A DNA stretch of 64,000 bases, taken from assembly GCA_947084965.1 (NCBI GenBank), contig CAMTUG010000001.1:211914-275913 (forward strand). Reading direction: 5' to 3'. The notes beneath the pieces are model-generated. The model searched no databases. It was not told the origin of the DNA and worked only from the letters and a program-made list of their open reading frames with translations. This DNA is from an uncultured Parcubacteria group bacterium. GTDB taxonomy: Bacteria > Patescibacteriota > Patescibacteriia > UBA9934 > CAMTUG01. A program made the translations under genes and the position numbers. Shown in pieces: positions 52,811 to 62,568 of the stretch (positions are counted from its first letter, which is position 1; each line of letters begins with the position of its first letter).

Positions 52811-53670
52811 ACGGACAAGCAAAGCCACAGATCAGCCTGATCATCGTGAGCTTGAACGTGCGTGATTTGCTCCGCAAGAATTTGGATTCTATTTTTTCTA
52901 CCGACTCCGCCTGCACGTTCGAAGTGATCGTGATCGATAATGGATCGGAAGACAAAACAGCCAGAATGGTCCGCGAGGATTTTCCTCAGGTACATCTGAT
53001 TCAGAACGACTACAATTCGGGGTTTGCCCACGCCTGTAACCAGGGTCTTGCCGTAGCCCAGGGCGATGTTCTTGTCTTGTATAATCCAGATATGCTTATG
53101 GGCGATGGGGTCCTTGATCACACCTGGAACACGCTTACGTCCCGATCAGAGATTGGTGTCCTCGGGGTGCAGTTGCGCAAAGAAGACGGATCGTTGGTGC
53201 GTTCCGTCCGGCGTGATCCGGGGCTTCAAGACCAGTTGGCGGTTTTGCTCAAGCTCCCGCATCTTTTTCCAAACGTCGTGAAGCAGTACCTGGCCGAAGA
53301 TATAGACCAGCGGGTGAGTCAAGAAGTCGAGCAGCTGCGTGGTTCGTATTTCGCTTTCCGTCGTGATGTCATGGAGAAGATCGGCGTGCTGGACGAAAAG
53401 AACTTTTTTGTCTGGTTTGAAGAAGTCGATTTTTGCAAACGTGTCCGTGCGGCTGGGTTGAAGGTTTGGTTTAGCGCCGAAGTTTTCTGCACCGACCTTG
53501 TTGGCCAGACGTTTAAAACGCAGCCCACGGCGTTAAAGCAAGCACGATTCTCAAAAAGTTTGGCCAATTATTTTAAAAAGTGGCATCCGCGCTGGCAGTC
53601 CGTCGTCATCACGATCCTTCGTCCGTTGGCGATTGCTGCTGGATACGCCCACGATCTATGGCGACGTTAG
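52807..53670 (+). CDS. family 2 glycosyltransferase
   Basis: ISLIIVSLNVRD...EVIVIDNGSEDKT... GT-A DxD-type N-terminus. Confidence 0.75.
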   Translation: MNGQAKPQISLIIVSLNVRDLLRKNLDSIFSTDSACTFEVIVIDNGSEDKTARMVREDFPQVHLIQNDYNSGFAHACNQGLAVAQGDVLVLYNPDMLMGDGVLDHTWNTLTSRSEIGVLGVQLRKEDGSLVRSVRRDPGLQDQLAVLLKLPHLFPNVVKQYLAEDIDQRVSQEVEQLRGSYFAFRRDVMEKIGVLDEKNFFVWFEEVDFCKRVRAAGLKVWFSAEVFCTDLVGQTFKTQPTALKQARFSKSLANYFKKWHPRWQSVVITILRPLAIAAGYAHDLWRR

Positions 53671-54521
53671 TCCTTCAACTCGGGACCCATCATCGCACGG
53701 AAACGCTTCCGGCGTTATTCGCGTCGCTTTCATCGCAGACAGACAAAGATTGGACTCTGTACTGGTGTGATGACGCTTCGACGCCAGAAGAACGGGCGAT
53801 GATGCGTCAGATTCTCGAGGAATCACATCCCAGTTACACCGTCGTGACAGCGGACAGCGATCTGAACATCGGTTTTTCTGGCGTGCACGAGCGATTATAC
53901 GAAATGCACGATGCGGATTACGTGATGCTCGTCAATGACGACGCGATTCTCGAGCCTGGTTATGTTGCCGGGCTTCGGGCCCATCTCGATACGCACCCGG
54001 ATGTTGCTTCTGTCAGCGGAAAGATTCTTCGTTATAACACGGATGCATCTGGCGCTATTGTGAAGACGGAGGTGATTGATTCGCTCGGCTTAGCACGAAC
54101 GCGCTATCACAAAGTGTATGATATCGGAGCGGGGGAGCGAGCGCCGGAGATGATAGGGCCGGTACAGGTTTTTGGTGTCTCTGGCTGTCTGCCGATGTAT
54201 CGTCGAAGCGCAATCGGCGATCAACTGTTTGATCCTTCATACTTCATGTATAAAGAAGATGTTGATGTCGCCTATCGTCTACAGGCCGCGGGGTTTGAGG
54301 CGGCGATCGTGCCGGAGGCCGTTGCGTATCACAAGCGTAGTTTTCGCAAGTCCGTATTGCACCTGGGCGTTTCTCGTAAATCACAATGGCTGTCGTATCG
54401 CAATCATTGGCGCAACTTGCGCAAGCATCTCACCTTGAAAGATTGGCTCTTAGATGGTTGGGCCATCCTTCCGTTTGAAGCGGCGAAGGCGATCTTTATG
54501 CTCGTTCGATCTGTTGTATGA
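53658..54521 (+). CDS. family 2 glycosyltransferase
   Basis: WTLYWCDDASTPEE, VMLVNDDAIL. Start MATLVLQL overlaps the upstream stop. Confidence 0.65.
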   Translation: MATLVLQLGTHHRTETLPALFASLSSQTDKDWTLYWCDDASTPEERAMMRQILEESHPSYTVVTADSDLNIGFSGVHERLYEMHDADYVMLVNDDAILEPGYVAGLRAHLDTHPDVASVSGKILRYNTDASGAIVKTEVIDSLGLARTRYHKVYDIGAGERAPEMIGPVQVFGVSGCLPMYRRSAIGDQLFDPSYFMYKEDVDVAYRLQAAGFEAAIVPEAVAYHKRSFRKSVLHLGVSRKSQWLSYRNHWRNLRKHLTLKDWLLDGWAILPFEAAKAIFMLVRSVV

Positions 54522-55318
54522 AATACGATATCGCTATTGTCACCGTTTCTACCAACATGCTCCATGAAGCCTGTCTGACTTCGGTTCGGCAGTTGATGGA
54601 TGCCACCCCGCTCAAGATCGCGTTTGTCCTCGTTGATAACGGTTCCACGAAATTTAATGCCCATGCGCTCGCCAAATCACACCTCAAAGAGGCACACGTT
54701 ATTTTGCGCAACGGCAATCATGGGTTTGGGCGCTCTAGCAATCGTGGCGCACGAGAGGTTGAAGCGGACTACTATTTCTTTTTAAATCCCGACACCTGCA
54801 TTAAAGATCTCACCCTGCTTTCACGACTGCATGACTTCATGAAGCAACATCCGAAGGTGGGGATCGCTGCGCCAAAGATTTTGTACATGGACGGCCGGGT
54901 GCAAGAAACGTGTCGTCGTTTTCCAAGCTGGTTTGCTCCGATCGCCCAGCGCACCAAGCTGTTACCGAAGAAATTAACCGAAGAGCATCGTAAGCGATTT
55001 TTGATGGAGGACTTTGGGCACAACAAGCGCCGGATGGTTGATTGGGTGCAAGGAAGTGCGTTCATGATTGAAGGCGAGTTGTTTCATCAGTTGGGCGGAT
55101 TTGATGATCGTTTTTGGATGTACTATGAGGACGTGGACTTGTGTCGCCGTTCTTGGAACGAAGGTCGACCGGTGTATTACCTGCCTGATGTGGAAATTTA
55201 TCACGCCTATGGCAAAGAGTCGGCCAAGGTGGAAGGGATCGTCAGCGGGATCGTCAAAAACAACAAAGCACGTCAGCATATTTTGAGCTGGATGAAGTAC
55301 ACCTTAAAGTGGCTATGA
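54518..55318 (+). CDS. family 2 glycosyltransferase
   Basis: IAIVTVSTN...FVLVDNGS...YFFLNPDT. Confidence 0.7.
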   Translation: MKYDIAIVTVSTNMLHEACLTSVRQLMDATPLKIAFVLVDNGSTKFNAHALAKSHLKEAHVILRNGNHGFGRSSNRGAREVEADYYFFLNPDTCIKDLTLLSRLHDFMKQHPKVGIAAPKILYMDGRVQETCRRFPSWFAPIAQRTKLLPKKLTEEHRKRFLMEDFGHNKRRMVDWVQGSAFMIEGELFHQLGGFDDRFWMYYEDVDLCRRSWNEGRPVYYLPDVEIYHAYGKESAKVEGIVSGIVKNNKARQHILSWMKYTLKWL

Positions 55319-56370
55319 ATCCATTAGTCGTAGTTCAAATTCTTCTGTACAACGAGCCGTTCGATGGGATCGATCGGTTGCTTGCTTCGCTTGAGGCAGT
55401 CGATTATCCGCTTGGTCGCTGGAAGGTGGTGATCGTCAATAATCAATGTGCGGGTTTTGATATTGCCGGACATTTTGAAAAGAAATGGCGGGCCAAGGTC
55501 GGCGTGTCGCTTCCGGAAACGGTTTTTCAGGTGCAGAAAAATAATGGGTTTGCCGGTGGACACAATTCTGCTCACGCGATCAGCAAAACGTTTCACCCGG
55601 AGTATATCTACTTGCTGAATGGGGATGCGCATGTAGACCATCAGTTTTTGTGGCGAGTGGTGCAGGCGGCGGAAGCACATCCGAACGCGGCACTCGTTCA
55701 GTCGCGCATCCTGTTAGATCAAGATCGCGAGAAGATTAACTCGATCGGCAATGCGTTGCATTTTCTCGGGTTTGGGTTTTCTAAGACGACCGATGAATCT
55801 TCTCTCCCGACCTTTTATGCTTCTGGTGCGGGGGTGTTGATTCGCACGGCGATGTTGCACGGACGGATGTTTGACGACGGGTATTTTATGTATCACGACG
55901 ACGTTGATCTTGGCTGGCGTGCTCGGCTGGCCGGTCACGATATTGTGATCGCCAATGATTCCGTGATTTATCATCACTACGAGTTTTCGCGCAGCATTAA
56001 AAAGTTTTATTGGATGGAACGCAATCGTCACCTGACCAATCTTGCCAATTATAAACTGGGCACGTTGATCTTGATCGCACCCGCGGCGATCATCATGGAG
56101 TTCGGGACACTGATTTTTGCGATCAAAGGTGGGTGGGCGAAAGAAAAAGTCCGCTCGTGGCTGCATTTCTTTAAACCGTCCACATGGAGATGGATTTTCC
56201 GTACCCGTTACGAAGTCGCTGGTTTGCGCAACGTGACCGATCGCGTGATTCTTTCAAAGATGGTTGGGGTAATCGAGAATCAGGAAACAAATAATCCATT
56301 CGTTCTCTATCTCGTTAATCCGCTGATGTCCTTGTATCTCGTCATCCTGCGCACCCTTGTCAGGTGGTAG
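55309..56370 (+). CDS. family 2 glycosyltransferase with C-terminal membrane segments
   Basis: VVVQILLYNE...VVIVNNQ...LLNGDAHV. C-terminal TM helices. Confidence 0.7.
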   Translation: MAMNPLVVVQILLYNEPFDGIDRLLASLEAVDYPLGRWKVVIVNNQCAGFDIAGHFEKKWRAKVGVSLPETVFQVQKNNGFAGGHNSAHAISKTFHPEYIYLLNGDAHVDHQFLWRVVQAAEAHPNAALVQSRILLDQDREKINSIGNALHFLGFGFSKTTDESSLPTFYASGAGVLIRTAMLHGRMFDDGYFMYHDDVDLGWRARLAGHDIVIANDSVIYHHYEFSRSIKKFYWMERNRHLTNLANYKLGTLILIAPAAIIMEFGTLIFAIKGGWAKEKVRSWLHFFKPSTWRWIFRTRYEVAGLRNVTDRVILSKMVGVIENQETNNPFVLYLVNPLMSLYLVILRTLVRW

Positions 56371-56408
56371 GGAACGTGATACGTTCACCCGTCCCAAGGA
56401 GGTCTTTC

Positions 56409-56846
56409 ATGCCGTTCCGCATCCTGTTCAAGCTCTTCGGTCTCTCTGCTCTCGCTGCCCGTTTCGGACGACGGCGGGGTGTCGAGACGATCGAGGTGGA
56501 CGATACTCCGCTTCCCCTCGACGTGCAGATGGAGCTGGCGCTCATGACGATCACGGCGTTCGTCGAGGTCGGCGCCTCGGACAGGTCGCTCGCGACGATG
56601 CGGATGCTGCAGCGGAACGCAACGTTCGCGATGTACGAACAGGCCAAGACCCGGCGCGAGCGGGCGGCGGTCGATCTCTTCGCCCTGGCGATCGACTTCT
56701 GCCTGAGGGACGTCACCGTCGAGGAGTTCTCCCGAGGGGTCCAGGTGCATACGCAGACGTCTCGGCCGCTCCTGCCGCAGGTCGGGCGCCTCATCGAGCT
56801 CTTCCCGTTCCTTCGGGAGAAGATCCCCATCAGCGTTTCCTGCTAG
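56409..56846 (+). CDS. hypothetical protein (145 aa), high GC
   Basis: GGAGG SD. About 66% GC. Followed by the hairpin CCGCGCTCC...GGAGCGCGG + CTTTCGTTTT. Confidence 0.45.
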   Translation: MPFRILFKLFGLSALAARFGRRRGVETIEVDDTPLPLDVQMELALMTITAFVEVGASDRSLATMRMLQRNATFAMYEQAKTRRERAAVDLFALAIDFCLRDVTVEEFSRGVQVHTQTSRPLLPQVGRLIELFPFLREKIPISVSC

Positions 56847-56907
56847 ACCGCGCTCCCGGCGCCCTTCGACACGAAGTCGCGCCACACTCTGGAGCGCGGC
56901 TTTCGTT

Positions 56908-58032
56908 TTAACGCGTCAGACCGATGCTATATATTCCCTCCGTACCCTGAACGCTCCCGACGAAGAAGCCGGTGCGGCCGCGGGTGTCGATCCAGAAGGT
57001 GTCGATCGCCTCTGCCGAAATGATGGGAACAAGAACGGGGCGCGCAGGATCAGAATAGTCCACAGCCGTCACCGCTGTTTCTGTGACAAGAAAGACCGTT
57101 GCGGTGGCGGGAAAGGGAACGGCGTCCTGTAAATAGACCCCGGAGCGTGTCAGGAGCGTATCGTTTCCCGTTGCTGGATCAAAGCGATGCACTTCGAATC
57201 CATCGCTGTAAAGCAGTCCTGTCGATTCCCAATGGAACGATTCCGCCCGAACGTTCAAGAGGATCGGCGGTCCTTCCGTTCTGATATCAACAAGGACGAG
57301 TCGTGCGGCGCGTTGATCGAAAAAAAGAAGGAGATTACCGCGCTGTTCTTCGATGGTGTACGTGCCGGATGGCAAGACAGCGATCGTGGCTTTGTCTATT
57401 GTTTCGATAAGCTGAATACCGTCCTCCGTTTCTTTCAATGCGTAGAGTTCTGTGGTCGATGGAGGGTGGGCCAGCTCGTGGATCATCGTGATGAGTTGAT
57501 CCGGGCTGACGGACGCGGCGCTTAACCGGTCGCGTAAGACGACTTCACCGGTTTCCACGTTTTCCGTCCACAGCTCAATCCAAGAGCCAACGATCGTGGC
57601 ATAGGCAACGCTCGGTCCATTGCCGGTCGCCGCGCTTGCCACCAGGTCGATGCTGCGTAAGAGCTTCGGTTCTGTTGCTAAGAAGAGGACGACATCTTCC
57701 ACATACGTTGTCTGTCGACTGCGCACCTCGATGTCGCGTTCCCATGTTTGATATCCTTCCTTTTTAAAACTGAGGTGATACGTTCCCGGCAACGTGCGTT
57801 TGACAATGGCTGGGGTCGTGTCCGAAAAAACGTTATGGTCGAGGGAGACCGTGGCCCCGCGTGGAACGGTCGAAAGGGAAAGGGCCCCCGTTTGCACGAG
57901 CGAGCGCGTGGTCAGATCCAGTCGAAATCCCATGGTGTACAAAACGACCGTCGGAGCGGCGATCAGAAAGAGGGTGATGTACAACCAGAAGAACGCTTTG
58001 CGAATCCGCAGTGACATAGTGGCCGTAAGCAT
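56908..58032 (-). CDS. PEGA-domain membrane-anchored protein
   Basis: N-terminal TM helix. LPGTYHLSFKKEGYQTWERDIEV matches the PEGA consensus. Alternative start at 58017. Confidence 0.55.
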   Translation of the reverse strand: MLTATMSLRIRKAFFWLYITLFLIAAPTVVLYTMGFRLDLTTRSLVQTGALSLSTVPRGATVSLDHNVFSDTTPAIVKRTLPGTYHLSFKKEGYQTWERDIEVRSRQTTYVEDVVLFLATEPKLLRSIDLVASAATGNGPSVAYATIVGSWIELWTENVETGEVVLRDRLSAASVSPDQLITMIHELAHPPSTTELYALKETEDGIQLIETIDKATIAVLPSGTYTIEEQRGNLLLFFDQRAARLVLVDIRTEGPPILLNVRAESFHWESTGLLYSDGFEVHRFDPATGNDTLLTRSGVYLQDAVPFPATATVFLVTETAVTAVDYSDPARPVLVPIISAEAIDTFWIDTRGRTGFFVGSVQGTEGIYSIGLTR

Positions 58033-58081
58033 AGTCGATTTTGCCCGCTGCGTCGAGGGGTGGTATGCTAATCGGCGTTTT

Positions 58082-59305
58082 ATGGCAACGTCAACGTTTC
58101 AACGTCCGTTTAAGATTCTGATCATCCTTTTGCTCGTCATCGGGACGTTCTCGATTGGGTTCGAATTGGGAAAAGGTGTTGGGGTTCGCTCCGTGGTGCC
58201 AGAAGGTGAAGGCAAGGTTTTGGGGCAAGGGGAGATCCCAGCCGGACTCGGCGAAGATGTCAATTTTTCGCTCTTTTGGGACGTCTGGGATTTTATCAAG
58301 GACGATTACGTGGATCAGCCAGTTTCGGAAAAGGATCTGTTTTACGGAGCGATGCAAGGACTCGTTTTCGGACTCGGGGATCCGCACAGTGTCTTTTTTA
58401 CCCCCGAAGATGCGGCAGAATTTCAGCAGGATTTGAGTGGGGAGTTTTCTGGGATCGGGGCGGAGATCGGTTTAAAGGATGATCAGCTGCAGATCGTCGC
58501 GCCGCTTCCGGGCACGCCCGCGCAACGTGCTGGGCTCCAGGCGGGGGATGGCATTTACGCGATCGACGGGGTCGACACGGCCGGGATGGCGGTCGATGAA
58601 GCGGTCAGTCGGATTCGTGGAGAAAAGGGAACCCCGGTCGTTTTGACGATCTCCCACAACGGCGTGGATACTCTGGAAGAGGTGACGATCATCCGCGACA
58701 CGATCACAGTGGAAAGTGTGAAGTTGACGATCCGCGAAGACGGGATTGCGGTGATCGATATCTATTTCTTCAACGAAGATACGACGGCGTTGTTTGATGC
58801 GGCTGTGCAAAAGATTCTGACGAGCGATGTCAGCGGGTTGGTCGTTGACTTGCGTAATGATCCTGGGGGGTATCTCACTTCCGCGATTGACGTAGCGAGC
58901 GCTTGGGCCGGGCGCGATGTGATTACGTATGAATCGCAAAAGGATCAAAAGCGTCCGCTGATCGGGACGGGTGAAGCTCTCCTTGCCGGGCTCCCGACCG
59001 TTGTTCTGGTAAACGGTGGGAGCGCTAGTGCATCAGAAATTGTTGCTGGAGCGCTTCAGGATTTTGATCTGGCGACGATCGTTGGCGAACAGACGTTCGG
59101 CAAAGGCTCTGTTCAGGATTATCGCGATTTACCAGACGGTTCAGCGATCAAAATCACGATCGCCAAATGGTTAACGCCAAAGGGGCGTTCGATCGATCAA
59201 CTCGGGATTACGCCAGATGTGATCGTTGAGTTTACGGAAGAGCAGTTTGTGGCCGGAATCGATCCGCAGATGGACAAGGCGATCGAGGTCTTGAATGCAG
59301 AATAG
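58082..59305 (+). CDS. ctpA: C-terminal processing peptidase (S41 family) with PDZ domain
   Basis: PDZ segment (GIGAEIGLKDDQLQIVAPLPGTPAQRAGLQAGDGIYAIDG), LVVDLRNDPGGYL, and the S41 Ser/Lys region. N-terminal TM helix. Confidence 0.85.
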   Translation: MATSTFQRPFKILIILLLVIGTFSIGFELGKGVGVRSVVPEGEGKVLGQGEIPAGLGEDVNFSLFWDVWDFIKDDYVDQPVSEKDLFYGAMQGLVFGLGDPHSVFFTPEDAAEFQQDLSGEFSGIGAEIGLKDDQLQIVAPLPGTPAQRAGLQAGDGIYAIDGVDTAGMAVDEAVSRIRGEKGTPVVLTISHNGVDTLEEVTIIRDTITVESVKLTIREDGIAVIDIYFFNEDTTALFDAAVQKILTSDVSGLVVDLRNDPGGYLTSAIDVASAWAGRDVITYESQKDQKRPLIGTGEALLAGLPTVVLVNGGSASASEIVAGALQDFDLATIVGEQTFGKGSVQDYRDLPDGSAIKITIAKWLTPKGRSIDQLGITPDVIVEFTEEQFVAGIDPQMDKAIEVLNAE

Positions 59306-59783
59306 TATGGGAGCAGACGTTGAAGTCATTGAAGAAAAAGCACGGCTGGAAGTTTCTGCTGGTGCGCTCACATTCAAGCGCGGCAAGGACGGCGTGTTTT
59401 TTGCGATGGTCATGGATTCCTACGGCAAGTGGACATTTCCCAAAGGTCATGTGCGTCGCGGGGAAACCCTTTCCGAAGCAGCGATGCGTGAGTGTATGGA
59501 AGAGACCGGGTTGCGCGGGATTCGCCTGAAGCGCAAGCTCGGTTCGATCGATATCTACTTTCGCGATCGCTTTGTCTTCAAAGGACGAATGATTCACAAG
59601 TTCATCCATTACTATCTGTTCGAGGCGTCGCCTCATGCCAAGGTGCGGGTGCCAAAACATTTGGAAGGGGAAAAGATTCAGGAAGTAGCGTGGATTCCGC
59701 GCGAAGTATTACTTGAACGTTCGGCGTATAAAGACATGAAAGAGATCGTCCAGCTGGCAATTTCCGCCACGGGGAGGGTGTGA
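59295..59783 (+). CDS. NUDIX hydrolase
   Basis: Nudix box GHVRRGETLSEAAMRECMEETG. Start may be 59307. Confidence 0.75.
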   Translation: MQNSMGADVEVIEEKARLEVSAGALTFKRGKDGVFFAMVMDSYGKWTFPKGHVRRGETLSEAAMRECMEETGLRGIRLKRKLGSIDIYFRDRFVFKGRMIHKFIHYYLFEASPHAKVRVPKHLEGEKIQEVAWIPREVLLERSAYKDMKEIVQLAISATGRV

Positions 59784-59798
59784 TATACTTGGCCTCGT

Positions 59799-60242
59799 AT
59801 GAAAGTTGTTCTTCTCAAAGATGTAAAGACCGTAGGAGCCGAAGGGTCGGTTGTCGAGGTATCTGAAGGATACGCTCGAAATTTTTTGTTCCCGCAAAAT
59901 TTGGCGGTGCAGGCAACACCTCAAGCGATCGCTGCGGCTACGGATAAGAAAAAGCGCATTGCCGGGAAAGAAAAAAAGGAATTGGCGACGGAGCGCAAGT
60001 TAGCTACGAAGCTCGACGGTCTGGAAGTGACGGTTAAGGTGAAGGTAAACGAAAAGGGGGTGCTTTTTGCCGCGGTTTCAGCCAAAGAAGTCGCGAAGGC
60101 GCTCAAAGGATTAAAGCTTGCTGTAGAACCGGATTGGATTATTTTTCAAAAACCGATTAAAGAGACGGGCACGCATCGCGTCACGGTGGACCTTCCGCAC
60201 GGACTTGAGGGGGAGATTCAACTGATCGTCGAGGCGGAGTAA
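59799..60242 (+). CDS. rplI: 50S ribosomal protein L9
   Basis: MKVVLLKDVKTVGAEGSVVEVSEGYARNFLFPQNLA N-domain plus C-domain. 147 aa. Confidence 0.9.
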   Translation: MKVVLLKDVKTVGAEGSVVEVSEGYARNFLFPQNLAVQATPQAIAAATDKKKRIAGKEKKELATERKLATKLDGLEVTVKVKVNEKGVLFAAVSAKEVAKALKGLKLAVEPDWIIFQKPIKETGTHRVTVDLPHGLEGEIQLIVEAE

Positions 60243-60249
60243 ATGAGGT

Positions 60250-61869
60250 ATGACCAAATACATTTTTATTTGTGGGGGTGTGATGTCTGGTATTGGAAAG
60301 GGGATTACAACGTCATCGATCGGACGGGTGTTGAAAGATGATGGTTTCTCAGTGACGGTGGCGAAGATTGATCCGTATTTTAATGTCGATGCGGGTACGC
60401 TCAATCCGATCGTTCACGGGGAGGTCTTTGTGACGGACGACGGCACGGAAGCGGATCAAGATTTGGGAAACTACGAACGTTTTCTTGAACAGGACATGGG
60501 CGCCCTGAACATCATGACCTCGGGTCTTGTGTATCGCTCGGTCATTGAACGCGAGCGCAATTTGGAATACGGCGGGAAGGACGTGCAGATGATGACAGAC
60601 ATCGTCGACGAAGTGATCCGCCGTCTGCACGCCCTTGCCAATGCTTCAAAAGCTGATTTTGTCCTTGTGGAAATCGGGGGCACGGCCGGTGACGTCGAAA
60701 ACCTGGTCTTCTTAGAAGCTGCCCGTGTGATGAAGCTCGCTCAACCAGAAGGCGTGCTTTTTGTTTTGGTCAGCTACTTGCCGGTGTTGAACAACACGGG
60801 AGAAATGAAATCAAAGCCAACACAGCACGCTGTGCGCGCCCTCAGCTCTGTCGGTATTCAAGCGGATATTATCATCGCCCGTTCGAGCGTGCCGATGGAT
60901 CAACCGCGCAAAGAAAAGATTTCACGTCTCTGCAACGTACAAGCTCAGGACATTATTTCGGCACCGGATGTGCCGAGTATTTACGAAGTGCCGCTTAACT
61001 TTGAACGCGACCAGATCGGTCGTCGCATTTTGGAAAAAGTGCACATGAAAGCAAAGAATCATAATAACGCTGTTTGGAAGAAACTTGTTGGTACTATTCA
61101 AAAAGCGAAGAAGCCAGTGAACATCGCTATTGTAGGGAAGTATTTCACCAGCGGGGATTTTTCGCTGACAGATTCTTATCTCTCTGTCATCGAAGCGATC
61201 AAGCACGCCTCGTGGTCCGTCGGTCGTAAGCCGGTGATTACTTGGCTTGGTGCGGAATCGTATGAAAAGGATCCAAAGAAACTAAAAGAACTGAGTGCCT
61301 TTGATGGTGTTGTCATTCCTGGTGGTTTTGGTGGGCGCGGGATCGAAGGCAAGATCGCGGCGATCAAGTATCTGCGCGAACACAATATTCCGTTCCTCGG
61401 ACTTTGTTATGGTTTGCAACTCGCTGTTGTGGAATATTCCCGCAACATCCTCGGACTCAAGAAGGCACATACAACCGAGATCGATCCCAAGACTCCGCAC
61501 CCTGTCATCGATACGTTGCCAGATCAGGTTGCCAAGATTATGGCTAAACAGCTTGGGGGGACGATGCGTCTCGGTGCCTACGATTGCAAATTAAAAGCGG
61601 GGAGTGTTGTTCGTAAGCTGTACGGGAAAGAATTGATTAGCGAGCGTCATCGTCATCGTTACGAAGTCAACAATGATTATAAGAAGCAGTTGGAAGATGC
61701 TGGGCTCGTGATTTCTGGTATCAATCCCAAAACTAACTTGGCCGAGATGATTGAACTTCCTGGACACAAGTTTTTCGTCGGAACGCAGGCGCATCCTGAA
61801 CTCAAGTCCCGTCCGCTCCACCCCCACCCGCTGTTTGTTGGGCTTATTAAGGCGGGGATCAAGAAGTAA
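60250..61869 (+). CDS. pyrG: CTP synthase
   Basis: KYIFICGGVMSGIGKG, DPYFNVDAGTLNP, glutamine amidotransferase domain with GLCYGLQ and H-x-E. 539 aa. Confidence 0.9.
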   Translation: MTKYIFICGGVMSGIGKGITTSSIGRVLKDDGFSVTVAKIDPYFNVDAGTLNPIVHGEVFVTDDGTEADQDLGNYERFLEQDMGALNIMTSGLVYRSVIERERNLEYGGKDVQMMTDIVDEVIRRLHALANASKADFVLVEIGGTAGDVENLVFLEAARVMKLAQPEGVLFVLVSYLPVLNNTGEMKSKPTQHAVRALSSVGIQADIIIARSSVPMDQPRKEKISRLCNVQAQDIISAPDVPSIYEVPLNFERDQIGRRILEKVHMKAKNHNNAVWKKLVGTIQKAKKPVNIAIVGKYFTSGDFSLTDSYLSVIEAIKHASWSVGRKPVITWLGAESYEKDPKKLKELSAFDGVVIPGGFGGRGIEGKIAAIKYLREHNIPFLGLCYGLQLAVVEYSRNILGLKKAHTTEIDPKTPHPVIDTLPDQVAKIMAKQLGGTMRLGAYDCKLKAGSVVRKLYGKELISERHRHRYEVNNDYKKQLEDAGLVISGINPKTNLAEMIELPGHKFFVGTQAHPELKSRPLHPHPLFVGLIKAGIKK

Positions 61870-61937
61870 GGCGGGCTCTTGACCAATTTGCAGGGATTAT
61901 CTATACTTCCCTCACAAATCTCAAGCAATAAGCCATT

Positions 61938-62225
61938 ATGGCACATAAGAAAGCCGCGGGTTCCACAAGTCTAGGCCGCGATAGCGCTGGAAAGCGCCTC
62001 GGGGTCAAAGTTCCAGACGGCGCCTTTGCTAAGGCCGGCGTCATTTTGGTCCGCCAGCGCGGCACCAAAATTCATCCTGGGAAGAACGTCGAACGGGGGT
62101 CAGATGACACCTTGTTCGCTAAAGTCGCTGGATTGGTGAAATTCACCAAAAAGCAGAAGGAAAACTTTCATGGTGCGCTTCAGTTGCGGACCTACGCACA
62201 CGTGGAACCGGTGAAATCGAAATAA
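61938..62225 (+). CDS. rpmA: 50S ribosomal protein L27
   Basis: [28 protein letters not shown]...[16 protein letters not shown]. Confidence 0.9.
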   Translation: MAHKKAAGSTSLGRDSAGKRLGVKVPDGAFAKAGVILVRQRGTKIHPGKNVERGSDDTLFAKVAGLVKFTKKQKENFHGALQLRTYAHVEPVKSK

Positions 62226-62252
62226 CAAGAAGCAGTAAGTGGTAATTGGTAA

Positions 62253-62288
62253 GTAGAGATGCTCAGTGAGCGTCTCTACTTTCTTTTT
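62253..62288 (+). terminator. intrinsic terminator GTAGAGAtgctcagtgagcgTCTCTAC + TTTCTTTTT
   Basis: 7-bp stem with a nested inner stem. Preceded by GGTAAGT-like heptamer repeats (62239-62256). Confidence 0.6.
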
Positions 62289-62338
62289 ACTGCTTACCAC
62301 TTTCCAAAGACCTTAGATTTTGATACGATCGTACCGAT

Positions 62339-62566
62339 ATGAAAGAGATGATTGAGCAACTTCTGAACGAAATGCGACCGGCGTTCGAACGCCATCGCGG
62401 CAACATCGAACTGGTCGATGTGAACGTGGAAACGGGCGTTGTTTCTGTACGGTTGCAGGGCGCCTGCAAACACTGTCCATTGTCCGAGATGACGTTGAAG
62501 GGCGCCGTTGAATCAACGCTCATGGCTGAAGTTCCTGGCGTGACCGAAGTAATCGCCGTGGCATAA
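62339..62566 (+). CDS. NifU-like (Nfu-type) Fe-S cluster assembly domain protein
   Basis: 75 aa with the GACKHCP CxxC motif of the NifU C-terminal domain. Confidence 0.7.
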   Translation: MKEMIEQLLNEMRPAFERHRGNIELVDVNVETGVVSVRLQGACKHCPLSEMTLKGAVESTLMAEVPGVTEVIAVA

Positions 62567-62568
62567 GT

